From: a virus
Taxonomy: Duplodnaviria; Caudoviricetes
Virus record (IMG/VR): IMGVR_UViG_3300037189_030782
Direction: 5' to 3' (one strand)
DNA length: 64,000 nt
Shown: positions 53,697-62,665 of the stretch, in pieces
Layout: each line of letters begins with the position of its first letter
Position numbering within the stretch: the first letter of the stretch is position 1
Notes under the pieces: model-generated
Seen by the model: only the letters and a program-made list of their open reading frames with translations
What the model was told of the DNA's origin: nothing
Databases searched by the model: none
Program-made: the position numbers and the translations under genes

Positions 53697-54404
53697 CTAA
53701 GCTTCGCTAGGAATTGTGTCATTTATCTTTATTAAAAAACCTTCTCGGTCTGTTGGAAATCTTCTCATCCATTCGACTTCAGAAGATTCATTTAACTTTA
53801 TTAACTTAAATTCAAAGTAATAGCAACCCGGAAGTAAGGTGTCAGCAATGTCCCAGTTATAAACAAAGTAACTTTCAATTAAAACATTCTGGTTTACTGT
53901 GCCGTCAAGCTCCGTTACATCCTCATAAAGCATTTCAGTTTGTGCATCAGCATTCAAAAATTTAATTATTCTTAAAGGAGAACCTTTTTTCCAAGGTTGA
54001 GCATCAGTGCTGTCGTGGGCTCTTTCTACCGTTATAATTTTAGAAACTTCATCTATTCCAGTTACCAACATTTTCTCTGGGCTTCTTGGTCTGTCCATTA
54101 TAATTACGTCATTAATAGCAACTTGGTAAAATCCAACATTGTCTGCAAAAGATATTTGAGTAGAGTCGTCCTCAATCGTAGACTTTAATTTACCCCTTGC
54201 CCACATACTGCTTTCCAGAACAAGATCTGTTAAGTCCATAGGACCATCACAATCTTGCATTTGGAGCCTGAAATCTGGCTTGGTGTCATTCCTGCGTATT
54301 GAAAAATCTGGACAAGCAGCCGAGCAACCATATTCATCAACGCAATTGTAGCCTGAATTTGGAATATACCCGCTATTATTGATATTTGTGTTGTTGCATC
54401 CCAT
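53697..54404 (-). CDS. Probable structural protein (BppU N-terminal-like)
   Basis: FSIRRNDTKP.F...DLT...YNW..ADT..PG.YYFEF pattern; TATATACA upstream. Confidence 0.5.
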   Translation of the reverse strand: MGCNNTNINNSGYIPNSGYNCVDEYGCSAACPDFSIRRNDTKPDFRLQMQDCDGPMDLTDLVLESSMWARGKLKSTIEDDSTQISFADNVGFYQVAINDVIIMDRPRSPEKMLVTGIDEVSKIITVERAHDSTDAQPWKKGSPLRIIKFLNADAQTEMLYEDVTELDGTVNQNVLIESYFVYNWDIADTLLPGCYYFEFKLIKLNESSEVEWMRRFPTDREGFLIKINDTIPSEA

Positions 54405-54441
54405 GATTGTATTTATGCGTAAAGTGAATAAAAATAGGCAG

Positions 54442-54861
54442 CTAATTAGGATTAATAACTTGTATATAGTAAAAACGATAATCTTCATTGTCAAACTTAC
54501 TAACAAAAGTTTTTACATCTCTTTTTTGAGAATTTGAAAGATACTTTTTAATCTTTGAAGAAGGAACAGGCACCCTACAGCTCCAATTTGTATCTTCTTC
54601 TACGAACATTTTTAAAGAAAAGGGTATATCTCCCAAATAAATATAGTCAGCACAACTAATTATATAGCAATCAGACTGTGTATCGTATGCATACCCCCCT
54701 AAAGCACATCCTTGGTAGCAACTTATTTTAGTTGTTTTATTGTAAGATTCATTCCTATTGGCGACCACTAAAATAATACCAGTACGTTCTTGAGACACCT
54801 CAAAAACAAAAGAGTTCTTAACTCCACGAACAATTTTATCTTCAGAACTTTGTTTTGTCAT
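54442..54861 (-). CDS. Hypothetical protein
   Basis: ORF on the dominant strand. Confidence 0.55.
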   Translation of the reverse strand: MTKQSSEDKIVRGVKNSFVFEVSQERTGIILVVANRNESYNKTTKISCYQGCALGGYAYDTQSDCYIISCADYIYLGDIPFSLKMFVEEDTNWSCRVPVPSSKIKKYLSNSQKRDVKTFVSKFDNEDYRFYYIQVINPN

Positions 54862-54873
54862 ATAACAAAAACT

Positions 54874-55083
54874 TTAAGATAGATAATTTTTATTATGCCT
54901 TCTTGCGGGATCACGTTTTTTTGACTTTGTATAATACGTTGTGGTCGTAGTCGTGGTTACACTATAAGGATACAAACTATTAGAGCTATCAATTGGTGTA
55001 TTCTTTTCTTTATCTATGATGCTTTTAAATTCACCGTAGACACGACTAATAATTGAAGAAATTGTATATTCGCTCATGTTCAA
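54874..55083 (-). CDS. Hypothetical protein with poly-Thr tract
   Basis: Abuts the upstream ORF. Confidence 0.5.
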   Translation of the reverse strand: MNMSEYTISSIISRVYGEFKSIIDKEKNTPIDSSNSLYPYSVTTTTTTTYYTKSKKRDPARRHNKNYLS

Positions 55084-55449
55084 CTAAACCTCTTCTTCTT
55101 TGTTTACTTTAGGTTTCCTGCCCCTTGTTGAGGGCTTCTTTTCTGCTTTTTCTATTTTTTCAACTGGTTTCTTCTTAGTCTTGGAAGGCTTTGATGACTT
55201 TTCAATTTCAGAATCATCTGTATCGGGTTTTTCTTTATCTTTACCCTTGTTCTCCTTATTCTTATCCTGCGGCATATTTTCTTCTTTTCTTTTGGAAGGA
55301 ACAGATATTTTAGTTCCTAACTTTCTCTTGGCTTTCTCCTTAGCAGCCTGTAGTTCAGCAACTGCTTTGTGGAGCTTATCAACCGCTGCGAGCCAAGCAT
55401 CTATTTGGTGATTCGGCACAGAAGATTTTGATTCAAATATTGGATCCAT
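55084..55449 (-). CDS. Hypothetical protein with K/E-rich disordered tail
   Basis: AGGAGG SD. Confidence 0.65.
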   Translation of the reverse strand: MDPIFESKSSVPNHQIDAWLAAVDKLHKAVAELQAAKEKAKRKLGTKISVPSKRKEENMPQDKNKENKGKDKEKPDTDDSEIEKSSKPSKTKKKPVEKIEKAEKKPSTRGRKPKVNKEEEV

Positions 55450-55458
55450 ATGGCCTCC

Positions 55459-55776
55459 TTAAAGTTTATAATTTCCTGATTCTACAAGTAATAATGACTC
55501 TAAATCTATGTTAGACTTAAAGAGTTTGTGCACCCTTTCAAGTTCGACAAGCTTCTTATGTAGAACCTTCAACCACCTTTCTTGACAATAAAATCCAGTA
55601 TGGTCAACGAAATTATTATAACTACCAAAAACCAAATAGTACCGCAGAAAAGCCTGCTGTACTTCTTGTTTAAAGTATTTTAATAAAAATCTTTTTTCTT
55701 TTGGAACTTCAAAGTTCTCAAATTCTCTCGATAAGAAGTCCAAATCCTTTTTACTAACCAATATTAATTCCCTCAA
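55459..55776 (-). CDS. Hypothetical protein
   Basis: Operonic ORF. Confidence 0.55.
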   Translation of the reverse strand: MRELILVSKKDLDFLSREFENFEVPKEKRFLLKYFKQEVQQAFLRYYLVFGSYNNFVDHTGFYCQERWLKVLHKKLVELERVHKLFKSNIDLESLLLVESGNYKL

Positions 55777-56194
55777 CCAATTTTAAATAAAGGAGCATCA
55801 TTCCCCCTGCGAATTGCTGTGGCACATTAGACTTGGCAAGATCCCCTAGTATGCCACTTACCAAACGTATATCACCCGTAACCTCTCCCAAAGACTCCGA
55901 AGAAACAGAATGGTCCTTTAAACTATTATAAGCTCTTTTTACACTATTTATTATATCATAATCTAGTACTATTGAAATATTATTATCTTCTAAAAGAAGT
56001 TTACTAGGAATTTTACCGCCACAAAACAGTCTTTTATCTTGAAAAAACTGGGCAATGTACTGTTTTGCTAGGTATTTTGCATCACCGTAAAAAGCTGTTG
56101 CAAAAAAAAGCATCTCTTTTTCTTGTTCTTGAGAATATTCTGATTCTTCTTCATAATCATCAAAATCACAACTAATTTCCATTAAAGAGCTCAT
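55754..56194 (-). CDS. Hypothetical protein
   Basis: GGAGG SD, downstream of a sigma70 promoter. Confidence 0.6.
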   Translation of the reverse strand: MSSLMEISCDFDDYEEESEYSQEQEKEMLFFATAFYGDAKYLAKQYIAQFFQDKRLFCGGKIPSKLLLEDNNISIVLDYDIINSVKRAYNSLKDHSVSSESLGEVTGDIRLVSGILGDLAKSNVPQQFAGGMMLLYLKLVEGINIG

Positions 56195-56228
56195 AAAGCC
56201 TCCAAGTTATCAACCAAATAAGAATATC

Positions 56229-56257
56229 TTTATACAATAATTTTTACTGTTTGTCAA
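56229..56257 (-). promoter_or_regulatory. Sigma70-type promoter
   Basis: TTGACA-17 nt-TATAAA. Confidence 0.7.
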
Positions 56258-56277
56258 TACATACCATAGAGGTAAAA

Positions 56278-56769
56278 ATGAAAACCATAAAGATATTAAC
56301 AATATTTTGTCTTGTACTAATGATTTCCGGTTGTTCCAACTTCAGCCCTAGAAGCCAACAGAGAATCAACAACCCTAATGGCAAAATAGAAGAAATAAAG
56401 TCTAATCAAAATGGGATAATTGCAGAGATTGGAAAATTAAAGCAAAACACAGACATACTTGGAAGTCAATTAAAAGAAGTACAAAATGGACTAATAAACA
56501 TAAGCTCAAAACTTTCAGACAATGAAAATAGTGGGGTACAAATACTACAAGGAGATGGAGCCCTAATGCTTGTATTCGCAATAGCTACGATTGCAATGAT
56601 TCTATGGCATAGAAATAAAATTGCAGAAAAAGAAAAAACAATATCAATACTTGCAAAAGAAGTGACGAATATCAACGACGCAGAAATAAATGATCGGATA
56701 TTACGTGAAGCAGCAAAAAAAGGAATTGCAAAACAAGTGCTTGGTACTCTTGAATCAAATCTAGAATAA
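56278..56769 (+). CDS. Lipoprotein with coiled coil and internal TM helix (u-spanin-like architecture)
   Basis: Signal MKTIKILTIFCLVLMISG-C lipobox; TM ALMLVFAIATIAMILW followed by HRNK. Confidence 0.6.
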   Translation: MKTIKILTIFCLVLMISGCSNFSPRSQQRINNPNGKIEEIKSNQNGIIAEIGKLKQNTDILGSQLKEVQNGLINISSKLSDNENSGVQILQGDGALMLVFAIATIAMILWHRNKIAEKEKTISILAKEVTNINDAEINDRILREAAKKGIAKQVLGTLESNLE

Positions 56770-57054
56770 TTAACTTTTTTTATCGTAACCTTGCTCTTTA
56801 TGACGAAGAATAGGATAGCCGGAACAGTTGTTGCCCATAGGAACGTTTTCTTTAGAAGGATCTTTTCCTCTTTTTCTCATTTCGTTTATAAAATCTTCTA
56901 ATTCTATGTCAACATCTTTCGCCCTAGAAGACTTCTTTAGACAATAATACTTTGAAGTTTCAGTTTCATCTTCTGCTAAATACCTGCATTTTTCGCTTGA
57001 ATTGCTTCCAACCAAACAAACGTCTTTAAGATGTTTTGCACTCAACATTTGCAT
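56770..57054 (-). CDS. Hypothetical Cys-containing protein
   Basis: C...CRYL...YCLK...NCSGY. Confidence 0.6.
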   Translation of the reverse strand: MQMLSAKHLKDVCLVGSNSSEKCRYLAEDETETSKYYCLKKSSRAKDVDIELEDFINEMRKRGKDPSKENVPMGNNCSGYPILRHKEQGYDKKS

Positions 57055-57060
57055 AATCTC

Positions 57061-57549
57061 CTAAGTAATAAGTTGAATTTCTTTTCCAAAATCCGCAATT
57101 GAAATTCCCGAAGAATGATCTATCTCATGCTGGAATATTACTGCTTGAGTACCCTTTTCTACAGACTGAAAAGGTTCGGACTTTATAACATCACTAAATA
57201 AAAGCCTAAAGCCTTTTACTAGCACCTCTGAGTATCTTGCAACTTGAAATCTTCTAAGTTTTAAATGTGTTTCATCTTTTATAGAAAGGCATCCTTCTAT
57301 CGCTATAGAAGTATTCCCTATGCCTTCATAAGAACAATCAAAATAAAACTCATAATTTTCATTTCTATTAATAATGAATAGGTCCCAAGGAAGGCCAACT
57401 TGTATGGCATGTAGACCAACTCCACCATTCTCTCTGCACAGCTTCTCCATTTGATTGCATGTCTTAAAAAGAAGAACAAGATCTTTAGTAGGAGTTGAAA
57501 CTGATTTTGGTGCTTCTTTTATCGATATTATAGAATATTTATTTTGCAT
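57061..57549 (-). CDS. def: Peptide deformylase
   Basis: GVGLHAIQVG, EGCLS, QHEIDH. Confidence 0.93.
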   Translation of the reverse strand: MQNKYSIISIKEAPKSVSTPTKDLVLLFKTCNQMEKLCRENGGVGLHAIQVGLPWDLFIINRNENYEFYFDCSYEGIGNTSIAIEGCLSIKDETHLKLRRFQVARYSEVLVKGFRLLFSDVIKSEPFQSVEKGTQAVIFQHEIDHSSGISIADFGKEIQLIT

Positions 57550-57608
57550 ATGACAAAGAAACCATTTCTGTTTCTGCTATCATATAAAAGAAAAAAAGAA
57601 AAACAATA

Positions 57609-57878
57609 TCAAACAGAGCTAGTAAGATTTTTTATTATACTATCAAATCTTGGTTTTAACCAAGATTCAAGCTTTTCCCTGCTCTCTTTCATTTCATTTG
57701 GAATTCTCAAAATAACCGTGTCATGTACGGGGCCATCTTCTGCGTCTGTGGGCAAACTTTTTTCAACTATATCTCTGATTAATTTGGAAACAGACACATT
57801 CTTTCTTTTGGCTTCTTTTTTTACTCTCTCTTGAAATTCAGTATCTATAGATAAACTTAATATTTTATTTGCACTCAT
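57609..57878 (-). CDS. Ribbon-helix-helix DNA-binding protein
   Basis: ILSLSIDTEFQERVKKEAKRKNVSVSKLIRDIV. Confidence 0.75.
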   Translation of the reverse strand: MSANKILSLSIDTEFQERVKKEAKRKNVSVSKLIRDIVEKSLPTDAEDGPVHDTVILRIPNEMKESREKLESWLKPRFDSIIKNLTSSV

Positions 57879-58123
57879 GCATCACCGTATCTTTCTGGAA
57901 AATTTTCTCTTAGTTTAGCCTTTAGCAGTTGATTTTTTGACTCTTTTTTCTTTCTTCTTCTTTTTTCGCCCGGACTTTCGTAGAATTCCCTCTTTTTATA
58001 TTCTTGTAGAATTCCTGAATCTACTACTGCCTTTTTAAATATAGAAAACATTTTTTTAAAGGCTATTTCTTTTTCTGCCATACTTGCATTTGGCGAGAGG
58101 TTTTTTTGGAAGACTTTTACCAT
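57875..58123 (-). CDS. rpsU: Ribosomal protein bS21
   Basis: FSIFKKAVVDSGILQEYKKREFYESPGEKRRRKKKES. Confidence 0.9.
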   Translation of the reverse strand: MVKVFQKNLSPNASMAEKEIAFKKMFSIFKKAVVDSGILQEYKKREFYESPGEKRRRKKKESKNQLLKAKLRENFPERYGDA

Positions 58124-58124
58124 T

Positions 58125-59267
58125 TTAATCCCTAATTACTTGAATAAACTTAGTTCCCATTTTTTTTGATTTTATCTTTCTGACGCTGTCCTTATAAGAA
58201 ACATTATCAAAAGATTCACCGGTAGAAGGCCACTTGTCTCTATCTAAGACTGGAATAATTTCTTCTATTCTATTTCCGATAGAATTAAAAATATCATTAT
58301 TCCAAGAGTTCTTCGTACCCTCATTTAGTATAGTAGAAAATGTATAAATATAATTTTTTGGGATATACGGAAACAAATCATCTATTTCGTATTCTTTTTG
58401 ATTGGAATATCTAGATCTTTCATCTACACACAAATAAGGACACCTAGCCAGAAGTGACAACTTAGAAACATTATTGAAAACGTCTAATACAAAGCCTGTT
58501 GCTCTCATTGCTGATAAAACCCGTGAAATGTCGATCTCATTCAAAAAAAGACATTTTCCTATGTACTTTTCTTGTGATAAATCATGAGTTAAATAGTTAT
58601 TCCAGATTACTGGGGTGTGGTTTTTCTCTAATAGATAATCAACTAAATTTTTCCAAAAATCTATATTTGTTTTAATGTTCTTAGATCGACCATTATTCCA
58701 AGTTTTAATGAAGACCGAAGGCGTGACAAAAACTTTAAAACCCGGCATACTAGCCAAATCTTTGTTAAAATCTCTACTCAAGTTTGCAGAAGAAGATATA
58801 AAAGGAAGGAATCTTTTAACGTCTTTGAACTTATCAAAAAATTTAGATGTAAGCCCATCATCATAATAGGCAGATAAGTCTGTGACATTTATTACATCCC
58901 TAAAAAATTCATTTAAATTCCTTGTATAGACAGTATTTAAATCAGACTTATTTAAAAAACCTTCTGATTTTTCGTAGAAGCTTTTAATATGTGCATTATC
59001 AGTTATAGACCAATATTCATCTACATAAGGAAACAAACCTTGAAATCCTGGCCAAGAAGCTAAAATAAAATATCTTGATGATTTAACTTCTTGTCGGTAT
59101 CTATGAAGTATAAAGCTAGAAAGTATACAAGTAGACCTAATATCCCCAAAAAAAGGTAAAATACAAACGTTAGAAAAGTCAGTAGGTATCTTTCTCTCTT
59201 CAAAACGATCCCTGCTAAATCCGTTCCTCTCAGATGTTCTTTTTAAAAAATCCACTACTGAGTTCAT
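58125..59267 (-). CDS. Possible GT9-like glycosyltransferase
   Basis: FGDI...L...FILASWPG...LFPYVDEYW and a C-terminal SRVLSAMRATGFVL...LSLLARCP pattern; weak match. Confidence 0.4.
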   Translation of the reverse strand: MNSVVDFLKRTSERNGFSRDRFEERKIPTDFSNVCILPFFGDIRSTCILSSFILHRYRQEVKSSRYFILASWPGFQGLFPYVDEYWSITDNAHIKSFYEKSEGFLNKSDLNTVYTRNLNEFFRDVINVTDLSAYYDDGLTSKFFDKFKDVKRFLPFISSSANLSRDFNKDLASMPGFKVFVTPSVFIKTWNNGRSKNIKTNIDFWKNLVDYLLEKNHTPVIWNNYLTHDLSQEKYIGKCLFLNEIDISRVLSAMRATGFVLDVFNNVSKLSLLARCPYLCVDERSRYSNQKEYEIDDLFPYIPKNYIYTFSTILNEGTKNSWNNDIFNSIGNRIEEIIPVLDRDKWPSTGESFDNVSYKDSVRKIKSKKMGTKFIQVIRD

Positions 59268-59446
59268 TTTTTAATCTCACGAAGCATTTTTATGGGTTTG
59301 CCACATTTAGGACAAGAGAATTCCCTTGGCCTACCACACTTGGCACACCTCTTGATCTCCCTTAAATCGGTCAAATCTTCAGATCGACCGTTGGTTCTTT
59401 TGAACCATTTACAAGATAAACATTTTAAAACAAAAGACTTTTCCAC
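59264..59446 (-). CDS. Small zinc-finger protein
   Basis: CLSC, CAKC, CPKC. Confidence 0.65.
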   Translation of the reverse strand: MEKSFVLKCLSCKWFKRTNGRSEDLTDLREIKRCAKCGRPREFSCPKCGKPIKMLREIKK

Positions 59447-59470
59447 AAAAACATAATAGTAAAAAATTGA

Positions 59471-60598
59471 TTATTTCTTAATAATCCTAAAAAGTCTCTT
59501 TAATTCTCTATCATTAATGCATTCCCATAACTTTTCTTTAGAGGATTCTTCTACATCACTCTCCAAAGAAAGACTGCCGAGATTAAAATGATAGGCACCC
59601 TTTCCTAGCTTGCCACCACCACCACCATATTGTCCACCAAGTTCTTTACACAGGGCAGGAACAGCAAGAGCAGCGTTTGTGCTTCTAATAGATCCCTCTA
59701 CTCTAGAGCCATCAACTATCGCAAAAGCAACAGAAGTCTCAACGTTTTCCCAAGATAACATCTCATCGGCAACCGCAGATATTAAGTCTCTATTGTTAAT
59801 AGTTATCAAGCCTATACCATGAATTAAAACACCATCTTTTATTCTGTCATTAGCTTTTTCTGCAACACTTGCTTTTGCTTGAACCCAGTCCCTTGGTTGC
59901 TTATATTTAGTTATTTGCTTTAAGGCAGTGGGGTTTCTAAAATTGAAAATTTCTGCGTAAGTTCTATGTTCTATCTCTGTTGTATCGTCTGAAGTTTGAT
60001 ACTCAGTGTCTGTTATGATCCCCACTAACAAAGCGGTAGCAACCTTTGAATCATTATCGTTATCTTCTTCAAAAACTACCCCATGCTGTTTAATAAGCTG
60101 GTAGACAGTGGCACAAGAACTACCCGCTTTCAAATTAAGGTATAAGCCCTTGAAGGTTCCATTCGGAGGCTCTTTGTGATGATCTATTACCAAATCAAAA
60201 GAAGTATTACTTGGACAAAAAGCATGAGAGGGAATAACGTCAACAGAAATTTTAATGTCATACTGCTCTACGTGGCAATCTGAGCAAAGTTTTAAGTCTG
60301 GGTCTAAGAGGTTGACCATCCTTTGGTTCTGTGGATGTGATATGCATCCATCATAAAAACAATCTACCTCTATATTTTCATAGGCTTTCCTCAGCATCCA
60401 TGCCAATGCCATTTGACTTCCAACGGCGTCTGGGTCTGGCGATGGGTGCGTAAATATTGCAATCCTAGCGAGACCTTTTTCACAAATAGCTTTTTGTATC
60501 TTATCATTCAAAAACTTTTGACACCTTGAAACTGTTGTTTCTTTTATTCTTCTACTTTGTCTTTTTTTTTCAATTTCCATCAGTTCTTCAGCTCTCAT
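59471..60598 (-). CDS. DHH/DHHA1 phosphoesterase (NrnA-like)
   Basis: FTHPSPDPDAVGS, VIDHH, GIITDT, GSIRS, GGGGG. Confidence 0.92.
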   Translation of the reverse strand: MRAEELMEIEKKRQSRRIKETTVSRCQKFLNDKIQKAICEKGLARIAIFTHPSPDPDAVGSQMALAWMLRKAYENIEVDCFYDGCISHPQNQRMVNLLDPDLKLCSDCHVEQYDIKISVDVIPSHAFCPSNTSFDLVIDHHKEPPNGTFKGLYLNLKAGSSCATVYQLIKQHGVVFEEDNDNDSKVATALLVGIITDTEYQTSDDTTEIEHRTYAEIFNFRNPTALKQITKYKQPRDWVQAKASVAEKANDRIKDGVLIHGIGLITINNRDLISAVADEMLSWENVETSVAFAIVDGSRVEGSIRSTNAALAVPALCKELGGQYGGGGGKLGKGAYHFNLGSLSLESDVEESSKEKLWECINDRELKRLFRIIKK

Positions 60599-61020
60599 TC
60601 AGATACCAAATTGTTTTGTTCTAACCAATTAACTAGGTTCGATTCTTGATTTTCTAAAAGAAAAAAAATATTTGCGATCCACTTACCATCTTGCTTTTTT
60701 TCAACCAAAAAAACTCTTGGTGAGACAACCTCTCTAAGAATTTTGACGACTCTTCCCTTTGAATTATCGGCAGCATCAATAGGAAGTTTGGCAAAAATTC
60801 TACTGGAGCTTTGATCCTTAAGAGTAAGCTCAAAAAGATCACCAGTTATAACAGATATTTTTTTGATCTCTAATTCTTTGTTGGGCTGCAATACGAAAGA
60901 TGATTTTTCTGGTATGGGTATTCTGTCTTGCGTTCTTATTCCATTTTGAACATAAAAAACTGAAGCCATTAATAACCATAAGCCTAGAACTATAAGATCG
61001 AACAGCCTTTTATTGTTCAT
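60595..61020 (-). CDS. Membrane-anchored protein, possibly degenerate thermonuclease (SNase) fold
   Basis: TM helix followed by ISVITGDLFEL...RIFAKL. Confidence 0.4.
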   Translation of the reverse strand: MNNKRLFDLIVLGLWLLMASVFYVQNGIRTQDRIPIPEKSSFVLQPNKELEIKKISVITGDLFELTLKDQSSSRIFAKLPIDAADNSKGRVVKILREVVSPRVFLVEKKQDGKWIANIFFLLENQESNLVNWLEQNNLVSE

Positions 61021-61051
61021 CTTTACGTTCCGTTGACAATATTCTATAGAA

Positions 61052-61588
61052 TCAGCCGCCTCTTGTAAAGCGATTGCCGGTCAAAGAGTCACTCAAATCA
61101 TCAATTTGTTTTTTAAGAGAATCTATTTTTGACTGAGTGGTGGCTTCAGACTTCTCGGGACTTTTTGCCTTTAATGAATTGAGATCGTTTTCAAGATTAT
61201 GAAGTTTATTTTTTAATTCTTCAAGCTTATTTATATCCTCATCATCTAATACAAAACTTTTTGGTGATTCTTGATCTTTGCCCGCAGTATTTGGGTGTAT
61301 TGGATTGTGTACGTTGGCCAATGCGGCTGTGTTTGCCTTAGCCTCATCTTCTTCCTTTTTACCTTCAACGAATAAGGGATCGGCTCTTCTTGAAAGAATT
61401 GCCCAATATTTTGTATCCACCTCATTTAAAGGTTTATCCATATCGTACTCACCAGTAAGATACTGACCGAAGAAATCAGTGGAATTCTTAGATGGATCGT
61501 CCTTGGGCATGTCATCAAAAATACCTTTTTGTAGAGCATCATCCCAAATTTTTGCGTATTTATTTAAATCAGATTGCATATCACCCAT
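61052..61588 (-). CDS. Hypothetical acidic coiled-coil protein
   Basis: GGAGG SD; TATATAGT upstream. Confidence 0.65.
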   Translation of the reverse strand: MGDMQSDLNKYAKIWDDALQKGIFDDMPKDDPSKNSTDFFGQYLTGEYDMDKPLNEVDTKYWAILSRRADPLFVEGKKEEDEAKANTAALANVHNPIHPNTAGKDQESPKSFVLDDEDINKLEELKNKLHNLENDLNSLKAKSPEKSEATTQSKIDSLKKQIDDLSDSLTGNRFTRGG

Positions 61589-61611
61589 AATTTACCTCCA
61601 CTGCTGTTAAA

Positions 61612-62187
61612 CTATATAGGCTCGACCAACAAAGAATCTATTGTCTTTTTATCAATTTTTGTTTCATAAAACTGATCTAGCCATCCTTTTTTCTTACCAG
61701 TATAAAACGTAAAGCCCTTTAAAAAGCGGTTTATAGCATAGCTAGTGGCCATGGCGTAAGGATCACTTAAAAGAGCTTCCTTAAAGTTATTTTTTGATGG
61801 TGAAAAATTATTTGCACTTCTTAAAAGTATTGTAAATAAAGATCTACGCATAGATCTAATGGTCCACCACCTTGAAGGTCTTATCCACATTATTGAATTT
61901 TTTTGCGTGGGACCAAACTCTGACGGTATATCTACATCCAACTTCTTTTCTATCTTTTCCATAAAAGCCGCAACACAGTGACCCCTATTGGAATAATGAG
62001 AAAAGAAAAATAAATCTAAATTATAGAGTTGTGGGTGAAAAATATCACGACAATAATGCCATTGTAGTACTTTGTATTTTTCGCCATTAAAAGTCTTATG
62101 TTTTGCGAAGCTTCCTGTCTCCGGTCGATAGGGTGTGCTTATGTGTAAAGTTTCACCGAATTTTCTCCTCATCTTCTCCTTTATCAT
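61612..62187 (-). CDS. Hypothetical protein, paralogue of 36031..36675
   Basis: Shared motif blocks as listed for 36031..36675. Confidence 0.7.
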   Translation of the reverse strand: MIKEKMRRKFGETLHISTPYRPETGSFAKHKTFNGEKYKVLQWHYCRDIFHPQLYNLDLFFFSHYSNRGHCVAAFMEKIEKKLDVDIPSEFGPTQKNSIMWIRPSRWWTIRSMRRSLFTILLRSANNFSPSKNNFKEALLSDPYAMATSYAINRFLKGFTFYTGKKKGWLDQFYETKIDKKTIDSLLVEPI

Positions 62188-62665
62188 CTATCTTAAGCTT
62201 TGATTCCATTCTTAGCCTTTGGCCGGACTTGTCTAAAAACTCGTCCAAATTAGCTATGCTAATTATCGACCAATGCGGATCATTTATTGGCACATACTCC
62301 TTTTTTGTGTAATAAAAGATCTCCATTTGATATGTATAAGTCTTAGTTTCAACTTCTTCAGGATTCATTCCATTTGCAAGGTCTAAACAAATCTCTTTAC
62401 AAATTCTAAGAGCTTCTCTTTCAGTAGCACCACCCAACTTTATCATAACCTGCACAGCGGCATTGACCTTATCTCGCTTATAAAAAAGAAGATCTATTAT
62501 ATCTTTCTTCATTCGACCATCTACAAAATCAGCCATGGCTGTAAACCTAGCCATAACGTCGCCACGAGAAGGACGACTGAGTCTACAATCTCTAAAGTAT
62601 TGATCAAAATTTGTTTGATCAATTATTAATTCATTACTTTCGTTCATTTTTTCTCCATAATACAT
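62153..62665 (-). CDS. Hypothetical protein
   Basis: Operonic ORF downstream of dnaE. Confidence 0.6.
   Translation of the reverse strand: MYYGEKMNESNELIIDQTNFDQYFRDCRLSRPSRGDVMARFTAMADFVDGRMKKDIIDLLFYKRDKVNAAVQVMIKLGGATEREALRICKEICLDLANGMNPEEVETKTYTYQMEIFYYTKKEYVPINDPHWSIISIANLDEFLDKSGQRLRMESKLKIDDKGEDEEKIR

Noticed and set aside
62153-62665. Ribosomal protein L7/L12 C-terminal domain
   Set aside because: Only a loose AAVQVMIKLGGATEREA resemblance; the conserved K..VIK.VR...GLKEAK residues are missing.
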